This document shows positions 12,471 through 27,200 of a stretch of DNA of 64,000 bases, one piece after another (position 1 is the first letter of the stretch; every line of letters starts with the position of its first letter). This stretch comes from Lingula anatina. Its lineage: Eukaryota; Animalia; Brachiopoda. The position numbers were made by a program, and so were the translations under genes. The DNA is taken from assembly GCA_051362555.1 (NCBI GenBank), contig CM120640.1, positions 34,367,967 to 34,431,966 of the forward strand, in the 5' to 3' direction. The notes beneath the pieces were generated by a model. It did no database searches and was not told the DNA's origin. It saw only the letters and a program-made list of their open reading frames with translations.

Positions 12471-13809
12471 TTGAAGAAAGTGCCTAAAAACACCCTTAGA
12501 AATATAACGTGTATATCGCCACGGTCATATAACATCTCTGGGTGTGTATTATGCACTTCCCGCCTGAATAGAAAGTGCATTTGATTGAAATCCTAAAGAC
12601 AACATTCATAAATATGATTTTTCCGATTGCTTGAAGTGCATAAGGTAACAAACCATAATATAAAGAAAATGAGAAAATTATATCTAATAATAGATCTTAC
12701 GTTGAAACAGTGGGATATTTAATTTTCTCGTTATCTCAGTATAGTATATCTGGATAAATTAAAACTTTCTCTTTAAAGTCATTCAAATTCACCACATTTT
12801 CATTCCAAAAATGTGTTCTATGATATATATACTACAGTCTGTACACAGGATGGTTCGTTTCACGAATTCGGTCGCATGAAATAGTAAAACAATGAAGATT
12901 CATTGCTTACGGCACATGTACGTGCTTAGAACCCTTTCTTTTGCTTATTTGTCTTATGTCAAATTATGGCTTTATGGCATTTTCGTTATTTCAATATTAT
13001 CAGCTCTAATCAGAGTAGTTATCATGGTGACCACGAGCTTTGGTATAATTGTCCCTTTTAATCATGTTAAAAAAATGTAAAGTGATGAGTAAAAATACTT
13101 GACAGCTAGGACGGTGATGTGTTACACTTGAGCTTCCAGATTTCGAAAACACTGGATCACAAATTGCATTTTATATACCCAAGATCAATGCAGTTTCTTC
13201 CAGCATTTGATTAGTTAATGAACGGACGAAAACGCGAGAAATTATCAATAAATGTTGCATACACATCTAATATTGAATCAATTAGATCCATTTACCCTTT
13301 CTCTCGGTGTTTCGCATAGCTAGCATTTAACGAATACTTCAAGTTTTTTAGTCCTTTTTAAGGCCAATTTTTCAAATATTAAATCAATAGAAGGCTGGGT
13401 CCCTTCTTTCTGTCCGCACAGTTCTAAATGATTGCGTCCGTAAAATGCCAAACATCCTAGAATTTAAAAAAAAAGGACGCAGTTAAAGTACACGATATAA
13501 AATTTGGTCTCCTATCGTCAAACACATCTGCAATATGATCCACTTTTCCGTCCACACAAAAATTCAGACGGGAAGCTTTAGTACTAATTCGATTTTTTAC
13601 GAATTTTTTAACCCATTGCTTTTCATGAAAACACTTAATCGTGGTTGTCTTAAGTTTTTTCTACCTTTTTACAGGTTCCCACTACCACCTCGCCCCTGGA
13701 TCCATGCATGGGGTTGGTTCTCAAGTGAATTATTTTACCATTTCTACCGATTCGTGACTCAGTGGCTGAAATATTAATAAATGAACACACTGATAGGTAT
13801 AAAAGATTC

Positions 13810-13812
13810 AAA

Positions 13813-13855
<43 letters not shown>

Positions 13856-13856
13856 A
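13810..13856. repeat. (TAAA)n microsatellite
   Basis: Direct reading. Confidence 0.95.
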
Positions 13857-14384
13857 GGCACATAATGACACTAACAAAAAGGTGCGTCCTTGATTTCTAG
13901 GATCGGCCGATATAAGTATGAGATCGCTGTAAGATTTAAGGAGATCTGTTGGTCTACACCAAAACCAATGGTAGTCTACATCCTTTATTCCACGGAAGAA
14001 CAAAAATAGCTTTCTTTTTCCTTATATATTTTTATGACTGTATAAATCTTGGTTTCAAGAAGATAGGTCCAATATTTGATAATGCATTCATAAAGACTAG
14101 CTTTACATGAACAAATGAAACTTTCCCGCAGTACTAGTTATATAAGTAGCCGCTCGTGTTACTGTGCGATCGCTGGGTTCTTTTTTTACGTACAGGATGA
14201 GAACAAAATATATATATTTCTGCAGTTTGGAAAAAAAGGAAACCGGATTTTTTCCAACCCCATTTAGCCGAATGTAGAAATAAATGTGCCAAAAGACATA
14301 TTATATTAATAATTAGATGCACTAATTTTCGCTACCTTACAGGTTTATTGTATTGTGTTGTATTTTTAGTCGCTGGTACATGTA

Positions 14385-14723
14385 AATGGTCGCGTGACCA
14401 GTTTTACTGATTGCTCGTTAGTTAACAGAGTAAAGGGAGAGTAGACTGGGAAGCAGTAGTTACTAATTACGTTTGGCTTTTTGCCAAGATGTGATTAGTG
14501 CTACAGCTCGTACTTCTCTATTGACGTCACGTAGATGACAATAAGAAGTCAGTGTGGTCTTTGTCTGGTCATCTACAACATGTCACATTTTAGTCACGTG
14601 ACCTAGAGGTCACTGCGTAGTATAAAATCAGTATTCGCGCCACTCTTTTGTTCATTCCTGACCTGGTGGCGAAGAAGAGAGATACTGGGGCTGTTTGTTG
14701 GAACTTGAAAACTACGTGTAAGT
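14385..14723 (+). promoter_or_regulatory. Putative Pol II promoter and first non-coding exon
   Basis: Palindromic CRE TGACGTCA at 14522, GTCACGTGAC E-box at 14593, TATAAAA at 14621, Inr-like TCATT at 14652 and donor GTAAGT at 14718. Confidence 0.55.
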
Positions 14724-15074
14724 AAGGACGGACCTTTCGTTATACAGTATTTTCATACGACGTTACAAAGATTAGTTACTTCGCGCTATACTAACGAATC
14801 GCCTTGACGGTGTCATGCATCTACTAGTTTAGTTTGAAAATGCTTAAATCAGCTTGATTTTTAGGGCGTTATGGCAGACTTCTGGACAATAACAAATGTT
14901 GTTTTGTGTGGTTTTTAGTTTCGTGGATGGATCAATAAAACAGTCGAGCGTGGTCGGCACTTTGAATTTCCCGCCATTTAAATTTCCGTGTGAAACGTAG
15001 TAAGGCCGTTCAGCAGTTGTGGATTTGTATAGGTTTGAATGTATTGTGTTGTAAAATACTCTCAAGCGAAGAAC

Positions 15075-18000
15075 TTGATCTGTTTGGTCCACTTTGATGT
15101 ACACAGGTAAGCATTGTCACGTGGACTTAAAATTTGAATGATTTGGTTTGGTTTTCATGTTACTTTGAATATGAGTAATTGAAATTTTGTTCCTCATTTA
15201 CTAAGCATTGTTGTTTTCAAGTAATTGATTCCTATAGCTCACTTTAATTTCGCCCACTTTGATTCAAGTTATGTTGTTTTAAGGTAATTGATTTGTTTCA
15301 TCCACTTTGTCACTTCGACATTGATTTCAAATGATGGTGCTGATTTGCTTTTTATAATTTGATTTTAATGATACTTTGATTAAAATAACTGATTTGTCTG
15401 TTTCACTTTGAATTTGAGTAATTGATTTTTTTCTTTCAATTTTGAATTAAGTTATATTATTTTATACTGAATGTCATTTTGAATTCAAGTAGTTGATTTG
15501 TTTGGTTCACTTTAAGTTAGACCAATTTGAATCCCAAGTTAATGATTTGTTTGTTAATTTGAATTTAAATTTGAAATTAAGTAATTTGTTTGTTTCATTA
15601 GTTTCAGTTTGATTAATTGATTTGTTTGGTTCACTTTGATGTAAGCAATGCCTATTTGACTCGCTTTGAATTCAAGAAATTGATTTGTTTGTCCAACTTT
15701 GATTTCATATGTCACTTTGAATGCAAGAAAAAGTTTTTTTCTAATATAGTTATGAAAGTAATATCTTTTTAAATTTGAATTTGAACTCGAGTATCTGATT
15801 TGCTTAGTGTAGTTTGATATCAGTAATGTCACTTTGAATTCCTGGAATTGATTTGTTTGATCCACTTTGATTTAAGTAATTTCAATTTGAACTCGAGTAA
15901 CTGATTTGCTTAGTATAGTTTGATATCAGTAATGTCACTTTGAATTCCTGGAATTGATTTGTTTGATCCACTTTGATTAAAGTAATGTCAATATGAACTC
16001 GAGTAACTGATTTGCTTAGTATAGTTTGATATCAGTAATGTCACTTTGAAATCTTGTAATTGATTCATTTGGTCCACTTTGATTTAAGTAATGACACTTT
16101 GAATTCAAGTAAAAGATTTGCTTTGTATAGTTTGATTTCAGTAATGTCACTTTGAATTCTTGTAATTGATTCATTTGGTCCACTTTGATTTAAGTAATTT
16201 TACTTTAAATTCTTGTAATTGATTCATTTGGTCCACTTTGATTTAAGTAATTTTACTTTAAATTCTTGTAATTGATTCATTTGGTCCACTTTGATTTAAA
16301 TAATGTCATTTTGAATTCCTGGAATTGATAATCTTTGTTGACTTTAAGTAATATCTACTTTGAATTCCTGTAATTGATTCATTGGTCCACTTTGATTTAA
16401 GTAATGTCAATTTGAACTCCAGTAACTGATTTGATTAGTATAGTTTTATATTAGTAATGTCACTTTGAATTCCTTGAATTGATCATCTTTGTTGACGTAA
16501 ATAATGTCCACTTTGAATTCCTGTAATTGATGCATTTGGTCCACTTTGATATAAGTAATGTCATATTTGAACTTGAGTAACTGATTTGCTTAGTATAGTT
16601 TGATTTCAGTAATGTCACTTTGAATTCTTGTAATTGATTCATTTGGTCCACTTTGATTTAAGTAATGTCACTTTGAATTCTTGTAAGTGATTTGCTTAGT
16701 ATAGTTTGATTTAACTAATGTCACTGTGAATTCCATTAATTGTTTGTTTCACTTCAATTTCAGTACTGCCACTTTCATTTCATGCAATTGATCTGCTTGG
16801 GTCCACTTTGATTTGAGCAATTTCACCTTGAATTCAGGTAATTGGTTTGTTTATCATAATTGATACATGTAAAGTCAAGTAATGATTTGCTAAGTATTGT
16901 TTGATATCAGTAATGTCACTTTGAATTCAAGTAACTGATTTGCTTAGTATAGTTTGATATCAGTAATGTCTCTTTGAATTCAAGTAACTGATTTGCTTAG
17001 TATAGTTTGATATCAGTAATGTCTCTTTGAATTCAAGTAACTGATTTGCCTAGTTGAGTTTGATATCAGTAATGTATCTTTGAATTCAGGTAACTGATTT
17101 GCTTAGTATAGTTTGATATCAGTAATGTCACTTTGAATTCCTGTAATTGATCATCTTTGTTGACTTTAAGTAATGTCCACTTTGATTTAAGTAATGTCAA
17201 TTTGAACTTGAGTAACTGATTTGCTTAGTATAGTTTGATATCAGTAATGTCACTTTGAATTCCTGTAATTGATCATCTTTGTTGACTTTAAGTAATGTCC
17301 ACTTTGATTTAAGTAATGTCAATTTGAACTTGAGTAACTGATTTGCTAAGTATAGTTTGATATCAGTAATGTCACTTTGAATTCCTGTAATTGATCATCT
17401 TTGTTGACTTTAAGTAATGTCCACTTTGATTTAAGTAATGTCAATTTGAACTTGAGTAACTGATTTGCTTAGTATAGTTTGATATCAGTAATGTCACTTT
17501 GAATTCTTGTAATTGATTTGCTTAGTATAGTTTGATATAAGTAATGCAATTTTGAATTTGTGTAATTGATCATCTTTGTTGACTTTATGTTCACTTTAAT
17601 TAATGTAACTTTGAATTCAAGTAACTGATTTGCTTAGTATAGTTTGATTTAAGTAATGTCACTTTGAATTCCTGTAGTTGATTCATTTGGTCCACTATAA
17701 TTTTAGTAATGTCAGTTTGAATTCTTGTAATTGATTCATTTGGTCCACTTTGATTTTAGTAATGTCAATTTGAACTCGAGTAACTGATTTGCTTAGTATA
17801 GTTTGATTTGAGTAATGTCCACTTTGATTTAAATAATGTCAATTTGAACTTGAGTAACTGATTTGCTTCGTATAGTTTGATTTGAGTAATGTCCACTTTG
17901 ATTTAAATAATGTCAATTTGAACTTGAGTAACTGATTTGCTTCGTATAGTTTGATTTGAGTAATGTCCACTTTGATTTAAGTAATGTCACTTTGAATTCT

Positions 18001-21000
18001 TGTAATTGATTCATTTGGTCCACTTTGATTCAAGTAATGTCACTTTGAATTCTTGTAATTGATTTGCTTAGTATAGTTTGATATCATTAATGCAATTTTG
18101 AGTTTGTGTAATTGATCATCTTTGACTTTTAGTTATGTTCACTTTAAGTAATGTCAATTTGATGTCAAGTAACTGATTTGCTTAGTATAGTTTGATATCA
18201 GTAATGTAACTTTGAATTCAAGTAACTGATTTGCTTAGTATAGTTTGATATCAGTAATGTAACTTTGAATTCAAGTAACTGATTTGCTTAGTATATTTTG
18301 ATATCAGTAATGTAACTTTGAATTCAAGTAACTGATTTGCTTAGTATAGTTTGATTTAACAAATGTCACTGTGAATTCCATTAATTGTTTGTTTTACTTC
18401 AATTTCAGTACTGTCATTTTCTTTTCATGCAATTGATCTGCTTGGTCCACTTTGATTTGAGCAATTTCACCTTGAATTCAGGTAATTGGTTTGTTTATCA
18501 TAATTGATACATGTAAAGTCAAGTAACTGATTTGCTTAGTATAGTTTGATATCAGTAATGTCACTTTGAATTCCTGTAATTGATCATCTTTGTTGACATT
18601 AAGTAATGTCTACTTTAATTTAAGTAATGTCAGTTTGAATTCTTGTAATTGATTCATTTGGTCCACTTTCATTTAAGTAATGTCACTTTGAATTCAAGTA
18701 ACTGATTTGCTTAGTATAGTTTGATTTGAGTAATGTCCACTTTGATTTAAATAATGTCAATTTGAACTCGAGTAACTGTTTGCTTAGTATAGTTTGATAT
18801 CAGTAATGTCATTTTGAATTCCTGTAATTGATTCACTTGGTCCACTTTGATTTGAGTAATGTCACTTTGAATTATTGTAATTGATTAATTTGGTCCACTA
18901 TGATTTAAGTAATGTCACTTTGAATTCTTGTAATTGATTTGCTTAGTATAGTTTGATATCAGTAATGTCACTTTGAATTCCTGTAATTGATCATCTTTGT
19001 TGACTTAAAGTAATGTCCACTTTGATTTAAGTACTGTCATTTTGAATTCCTGTAATTGATTCACTTGGTCCACTTTGATTTGAGTAATGTCACTTTGAAT
19101 TATTGTAATTGATTAATTTGGTCCACTATGATTTAAGTAATGTCACTTTGAATTCAAGTAACTGATTTGCTTAGTTTGATATCAGTAATGTCACTTTGAA
19201 TTCAAGTAACTGATTTGCTTAGTTTAATATCAGTAATGTCATTTTGAATTCCTGTAATTGATTCACTTGGTCCACTTTGATTTTAGTAATGTCACTTTGA
19301 ATTATTGTAATTGATTAATTTGGTCCACTATGATTTAAGTAATGTCACTTTGAATTCTTGTAATTGATTTGCTTAGTATAGTTTGATTTGAGTAATGTCC
19401 ACTTTGATTTAAATAATGTCAATTTGAACTTAGAGTAACTGATTTGCTTAGTATAGTTTGATATCAGTAATGTTGACTCTGAATTCCTGTAATTGATCAT
19501 CTTTGTTGACTTTAAGTAATGTCAATTTCATGTCAAGAAACCGATTTGCTTAAGTATAGTTTGATTTAACTAATGTCACTGTGAATTCCATTAATTGTTT
19601 GTTTCATTTCAATTTCAGTATCGTCACTTTCATTTCATGCAATTGATCTGCTTGGTCCACTTTGATTTGAGCAATTTCACATTGAATTCAGGTAATTGGT
19701 TTGTTTATTATAATCTGATACAAGTAAAGTCAAGTAACCGATTTTCTTTATTAAAGTTTAATATCAGTAACGTCACTTTGAATTCAAGTAACTGATTTGC
19801 TTAGTTTGATATCAGTAATGTCACTTTGAATTTCTGTAATTGATCATCTTTGTTGACTTTAATTTAAATAGTGTCCACTTTCATTTAAGTAATGTCACTT
19901 TGAATTCAAGTAACTGATTTGCTTAGTAAAGTTTGATATCAGTAATGTCACTTTGAATTCTTGTAATTGATTTGTTTGGTCCACTGATTTAAGTAATGTC
20001 ACTTTGAATTCTTGTAATTGATTCATTTGGTCCACTTTGATTTAAGTTATGTCACTTTGAATTCTTGTAATTGATTCATTTGGTCCACTTTGATTTTAGT
20101 AATGTCAATTTGAACTTGAGTAACTGATTTGCTTAGTATAGTTTGATATCAGTAATTTCACTTTGAATTCCTGTTATTGATCATCTTTGCTTATTTTAAG
20201 TAATGTCCACTTTGATTTAAGTAATGTCACTTTGAATTCTTGTAATTGATTCATTTGGTCCACTTTGATTTAAGTTATGTCAGTTTGAATTCTTGTAATT
20301 GATTCATTTGGTCCACTTTGATTTTAGTAATGTCAATTTGAACTCGAGTAACTGATTTGCTTAGTATAGTTTGATATCAGTAATGTCACTTTGAATTCAA
20401 GTAACTGATTTGCTTAGTATAGTTTGATATCAGTAATGTCCACTTTGATTTAAATAATGTCAATTTGAACTTGAGTAACTGATTTGCTTAGTATAGTTTG
20501 ATATCAGTAATGTCATTTTGAATTTATGTTATTGATTGGTTTGGTCCACTTTGATTTAAGTAATCTCTTTGAATTCCTGTAATTGATCAGCTTTGTCGAC
20601 TTTGATTTAAGTAACGTCCACTTTGATTTCAGTCATATCACTTTGAATTCAAGTAACTGATTTGCTTAGTAAAGTTTGATATCAGTAATGTTAATTTGAA
20701 TTCCTGTAATTGACCAGCTTTGTTGACTTGGATTTAAGTAATGTCAATTTGAACTAGAGTAACTGATTTGCTTACTTTGTATTCCAAAAATTAATTTGTT
20801 TGGTCCACTTTGTTTTCAGTACCATCACTTTCAATTCAAATGATTGATGTGATTGATTTGGGCAATTTCACTTTGAATTCAGGTAATTGATTTGTTTATC
20901 ATAGTTAGGTAATAGTAATGTAATTTGAATTTAAGAAATTGATCTGTTTAGCATACATTGACCTTAGTAATCACTATCAAGTAATTTATTTCTTTGGTCC

Positions 21001-21130
21001 ACTTTGATTGCAGTAATTTCACTCTGAATCAAGGAATTGATTCGTTTGGTTCTCTTTGATTTAAAAACTGTCGCAATTTATTGTTTTGAATTCTCCTTTT
21101 CAATATTCCAGTCTGTACTTTGATTTAAGA
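15075..21130 (+). repeat. Complex satellite array; ~53-bp monomer built from 21- and 32-bp modules
   Basis: Recurrent modules gtaactgatttgcttagtatagtttgatatca, gtaattgattcatttggtccactttgatttaa and gtaatgtcactttgaattc. Homogeneous core ~15840-20770 with degenerate edges. Confidence 0.95.
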
Positions 21131-21819
21131 TAACTAATTATGACATTTGATAAGATGGAGTTGTCTGGTTGCATATAATAATAAAAGAAAATTATATAAA
21201 GGCACAATACATACGTATGTAGTGACAAAGCTTTAATTTTATCTTCCTCAGGTTCTTGGCACAATACTGGACTATAGGCACCACTGTTACTGAAGATGCT
21301 GGCCTTGAATGCATAAAAAATGGGGCATTAGCATCTGGTGGACGCTGGCGATTGCAATTATTCTTCTTCGTTGAGTGCATCGGCATGTAGAGTGTGGTTT
21401 ATGGATAGCTGGATGGTAGACTACATCCTAGGTAGTCAACTACCATCGAATTAGGTCAAGCTTCTTGATGGCAGAAAAGAACAAGATAACCTAGGATTAC
21501 CAAAGACTGTATATATACTTGTATGAGAAAAGCTATAAAGAAACTGTTAAGATGTTTTTAAAAAAAATGCTCTAATTCTTTTAGCAGCCTGGACATAAGT
21601 AAGACTGGATTTTTAAGACATACATTTATGTATTGTAGTCATTCTCTGCTGCTAGGTTAATTGGTCATTGTATATTTATATTTTATTTATATTTATATGT
21701 AGTCAACAGTAATTGTAGTATATCATATTAAGTATAGTAATCTTTAAGTTCAAATTTAATTTAGATTTAAACTTTAATTAGATGTCTGAAAAGAAAAAAA
21801 CCAACAAACATTGTCTAAA

Positions 21820-22780
21820 AAAGAACTACATGATTTGACACTAAATTCTCAATATAAGTTCTACAAAACTAAATGTCAAAATCAAATAAAATATTAACAC
21901 GATAAAACATAAAAAAAAAACTACATAATTTGACACTATAAATGCTCAATACAACTGACATTATAATAAGCTACAAAATGCCAAAAGCAAAATTTTGACA
22001 CAAACTAAAAAAAGCGAAGGGTACTATGATTTGACACTATAATTCTCAATACAACTAACATTATAAAAAGCTACAAAACCAAATGACAAAACCAAAATAA
22101 ATTTTAACACAAAACTAAAAAAGACTACATGACTAAAAAAAATAAAAAGAAAAGTGCTACATTATATGACACTATACACTCTCAATATAACTGATATTAT
22201 AAAAAGATACAATTATAACGTGCCAAAACCAAATAAAATTTTAACACCAAACTTAAAAAAAAGAAAACACTACATGATATGACACTATAAACTCTCAATA
22301 TAACTAACATTATAAAAAGCTATAATTATAAAATGCCACAACCAAATAAAATTTAAAAAAGCTAAAAAAAAAAAGCTGCAATTATAATATGCCAAAATCA
22401 AATCAAATTTTAACACAAAACTTAAAAAGAAAAAAAGTGCTACATGATTTTACACTATAAATTTTCAATATAACTGACATTATAATAAGCTACAATTATA
22501 AAATGCCACAACCAAATAAAATTTTAGCACAATAAAGCTAAAAAAAGGGACTAAATGATGTGACACTAAAAATTCTCAATACAACTAACATTATAAAAAT
22601 CTACATAACCAAATGCCAAAACCAAATAAAATTTTAACAAAGCTAAAAAAAGGACTACATGATGTGACACTATAAATTCTCAATACAATTAACATTATAA
22701 AAAGCTACAAAACTGAATCGAATTTTAACAAAAAAAAAAAAAAAAAATGCTACATGATATAATACAATAAAACTATTCCA
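21820..22780 (+). repeat. A-rich tandem repeat, ~100-170 bp units (about 9 copies)
   Basis: ctacatgatttgacactataaattctcaatacaactaacattataaaaagctacaa...aatgccaaaaccaaataaaattttaacac recurs near 21827, 21921, 22024, 22158, 22270, 22440, 22551, 22655 and 22750. Confidence 0.9.
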
Positions 22781-23869
22781 AATGAAGAACTACATATAAC
22801 TTGATATAGCTTACTCCATTAAATAAACCATGAAATGTCTATTAAAATCTGCAATAAAATGACATTAAAATGAAAAAAAAAAAAAAAAAAAATAATACAA
22901 CCTTTGCTTGTTAAGAGATGGGTAAAGGATGGGTGTGTGGGGTCTTTGGAGCCTTTAAAAATAATACATATTATTGTTCAAACAATGCCCAAATTAAAAA
23001 CAAATGCACTCAACCCAATAAATAGATGTCTGGACCAAATTCTTTACAACAATTAAATGATCATTGAACATCCTAAAACATGGCAAAAATAGTATAAAGT
23101 TATATTGTTCTTGTATAAGGTTTGGTGTTGTTTTTGCAGTTTATTTAAATTAATGATGTATTTTTCATAATTCATTTTTCTCATTTGTTCTCAAAGTAAT
23201 ATTTGAAATCAACTTTATTATTTGTAAAGACTTATTTTATATGGGCATTTATTTTAGAGCCAATAAACATGTATTATCCATCACTGTCACACTCGAATCT
23301 TGTGATGATTACTTGTTAAGAATTGGTTGTAATTGAATGGCTATATACTTTTGAATATACAAGTTAATGTGTGTTCATCAAAGATTGTTTATGCATGAGT
23401 TTTAAAACCCATCTCTCCAGTATCTGACAAATTATTTGGGATGATAAATAATTTAACCAAATGTTGAATTTAAATATGTTAAATTTATTTGGTAACACTG
23501 GTTACAATATTCCAATAATAATTAAAGGTGCACAATGAAGGCAATGTCTTATTTTTTGAGTTCATGCTGTAAATGGCACTTAAAATTCCATAATTTTTTT
23601 CACAGATGAGTGCTTGAGAAGATAGTGAAGTTTGATAGGGGTCATAATATTCACCCTAGTAAATTTCTGCATTATGTGCATCAGTACAACCTCTCAATGA
23701 TAGATTCCCGAATCAATACATCCTCATTAAATCGCACGTGTGTCAGTATTTGAAAAAAAAAAAGTAAAGAAACTGAGGACATATTGGACATGCATTTTAT
23801 TCAAACTGATCAACAAATAATAATGGGATATGTTGTCTTGTCAGAAAAGTTTTCCAGTTTACGGTTCTA

Positions 23870-23903
<34 letters not shown>

Positions 23904-24264
23904 GTTGCCGTAACTGTTTCTTTTTTTTTTTTTGGGGGGGGGGGTATAACCAAAAACGGGCTTCTGAATGCGTGAGGTAGGTCAAATAATGACCCAATAT
24001 TTTTCCCTCCAAAAATCACCCTACTGCGCTGAATCAAGTTCAGTATAAGTTCCACAAGCAACATGATTATACAAAGATTTCCAGGTGGTGAAACAGTTTC
24101 ATACAAATTTCTCACAAGAATGGCTGATATAATCTTGAAACTGCAAATTAAGCTTTTGCCTGAAAACACAGCTATTACATTATCTGAAAGTTTGTAGAGA
24201 AGGAATTTAAGAAAAATTAATGACATACAATATAATATTGCATCTAATTATTATTATTATTCAG

Positions 24265-27200
24265 ATATAAGGAGGAGAATCAATTTGATACAGGACTTTG
24301 AGATGTCCACCGTGAGCACCAATGTTGCAGTTACTCCAGATAAACAGTATATATTTGCAGCAGGTAAAACCATATTTCATTACAAGACTAGAAAAAAAGG
24401 AGCATTGCTCTGCTCAAAAATTTTAGAGTAATTCAATAATATTTAACCTTTGCAGTTTAAGTTAACTTTCTTTTAAATGTAAATCTACAACTTTAATCTT
24501 GATGTCTGTATTTTGATTGGTTTACCTCATACTTAAGTGTAGCATCTAGATTGTTGTGTGGAATACTTTTCAAGTATTTTGGCTAAATTATTTATTTTAC
24601 ATAGTCACTGATTTCTAAATAAGCTACCAGTTACTGAGAAAACTAGACATTTAGATTATAAAAGATATGGTTTGATATCCCCAGGTATACTATCCCACAT
24701 TATAATGCATAAATGAATATTATCTTAGTATTTTTAAAGCTTTTTAACTACAAAATTTGCATGTTTTTATTTAAAATAGCCAGTGTAGTATGTTGTTTCT
24801 TGCAAAGTTGGTGGAGTATACAGGTGCATAATTATTGACATTTTCTTTCAGTCCAGAAATTTTCAGACTAAATCTGGAGCTGGGGAGATTCATGTCGCCC
24901 TTGAAGACAAATGCTGTGTGAGTGCATGACCAGTGGTCAAAACTTTAAAAAGAAGTTTTTCATGTCAAAGTTACTTATTAAAATAGCCAGTTATCTATAT
25001 TTTAGTTATATGGACTGCTTAATGGAGATCTGGTCATTCGTGGTAAATATTTCACAACATGCCCTGTTTTTTTAAATTCCTATGTTTTTTGAACAGCTCA
25101 TTTTACGTTTGAAGCCAAAGTCACACACTTTTGGTCATTATGTTTCTGATTGAAATTATTGAAAGTTGCACATGAATTTTTAATGTTCTACAGGAAACTG
25201 AATTGCTGTGATATCAATCCTCATCATGGTTTGTTCACTTGTGGGACAACAGAAGTATGTTTGTTGTATGTTTTTCCTTACATTTAATTGAAATGTTAAC
25301 TTTTTACAGTTACTCCTGAAAGAATTTTAACTCTGTTATAAGTTTTTAGTAATAGTTAAAATTAGAATGGTTTAATTTTTAGTCAAGCTTTGGAATTAAA
25401 TGATAATAATTTTAGTGGAACCCAATCTGACATTATTTTTGATTAAAAGGGCAAAGTTGAGTGTTGGGACCCAAGAAACCAAGTTGGTCAGCTAGATTGT
25501 GCCATTGGAAGCATAGTTCAGGAGCTTGAGTAGGTGCAAACACAGCAGCATAATTGGAATATTATGTTTAAATGTGATAAAATTACAATGAAAAATTAAA
25601 AAGATATTTACTCTCAAAGCATGGCTGCTTTTTTCCCCATTGTGTGCTTCTCTTATTTGTGGAGGCTAAATTTTATTATATTAGTTTGAATGTTATTTTG
25701 AATGTTATTTTGGAGGTATAATTTCCTGTTAATCCTGAATGTAAGATTGTTATTTTGACCTGTTTTTTTTTACCAAAAATTTAAGATGGTGAAGTGTTTT
25801 TCAGATTAGAGGGTGCTCCAGAAATAACTTCCCTGAAGTATAGAGATGCATTGACTCTTGCAGTGGGCACATCTGCTAGACATGTAAGGATCTTGTTTCT
25901 TATGAATTTTGAAATGATCAAATAATCCTTGTATTGTAACTTGGGACAAAGTTTACCAGATCAACAAAGAGAAAAGTGATTTCTTTCAATTATAAATATA
26001 TTGTAGAAATAGTTGCCTAATGTTCACATAAATTATATTGTGTCACATTAAAAATAATTTTGTTTAATGCTTTTTACTTTTGGAACCTGGTATTGTGTTG
26101 ATGTTGTATTATGTCTATGGAGAGGGTTTAGGGAACATTGTTGCTCTCACTTTAGTTACCTGGATTCTTATTGCACTACTATTGGGAATTGGTCTATTTT
26201 GGTTATCTTTTCAAGATTAGAACCCACTGATGAGTTGTGCTCTAGACATAATTGATACCATAAAGAAATAGTATTTAAATAGAGATAAATTGTCCACTTG
26301 TCCTTAACAACGTACACAAACCATTTCTTTGCCAGTATTTTTCACTCCCCATGTGTTGCCCATGTCTGCTTGTTCAGATTTCACTCTCCGCTGTCAGTTA
26401 TGGTAATGCCAAATAAAAATAAAGTGCCTTTCATCCATGTTAAAGGTACATACGAACCGAGCATCGGTGGAGCGTGGATTCCCAGTAACACATGTAAACC
26501 ACTTCTACTAGATTCTTATATGACTCAAATAAATTCGACATGCCAAGGGATAAACTGAATAGATCACTCGATCAGCCATAAAAGACCTTTAGACTGCTCC
26601 TTTCTTTAAATTTGTGGTTGTAAATTTAACCTACTTTCGTGATCTACTTTCCTGCCCCATTGACATACAGCTTAGAATGCCAGCAGAAAAATCCGTTCAA
26701 ACATCATTTTCGGGTAAAATTAAACAATGCCTTTTGGTAATTCTCTTAGTTATACTACTTGAAACTATATGCTGCCATTTGGTTGGTTTTTGTGACAAAA
26801 AATTGACTTTGTATGCATCTTTAAGCATTGTTTTTTGCAGATCTTGTATGACATAAGAACTGACAAGCCGCTGTTGGTAAAGGACCACCAGAACAGCCTG
26901 CCTATCAAATCTATTGCTTTCCACATAGGCCTGGATGTATATAGTACTCTCCATAGACAGCAAGATTCTCAAACTCTGGCACAGAGACTGTAGGTACATG
27001 TAGGAACATTGCATTTATTTTCTAAAGGTTACATATCATATGTAATAATTTTGAGTATTCCAATTTCAGGGTAAACCTTGTACTTCCATTGAGCCTGGTG
27101 TGAAACTGAATGACCTGTGTGTTTTCCCAGACTCTGGGCCATTGTTTTTGGCCAACAAGGCTCCTAAAGTGCTCACATACTATATACCTGTAAGTAAACT

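Larger units (their letters stand above)
9990..13240 (+). repeat. Tandem segmental duplication, unit 2
   Basis: Collinear similarity to 1-4545 minus the Tc1 insertion; carries its own 347-bp insertion. Confidence 0.9.

Noticed and set aside
15554-19795. ORFs within the satellite (e.g. MDQTNQFQEFKVTLL...)
   Set aside because: The monomer is 53 bp, not a multiple of 3; frames rotate and stop frequently.
15075-21130. CRISPR-like appearance of the repeat array
   Set aside because: No unique spacers, no cas genes, and a eukaryotic context.
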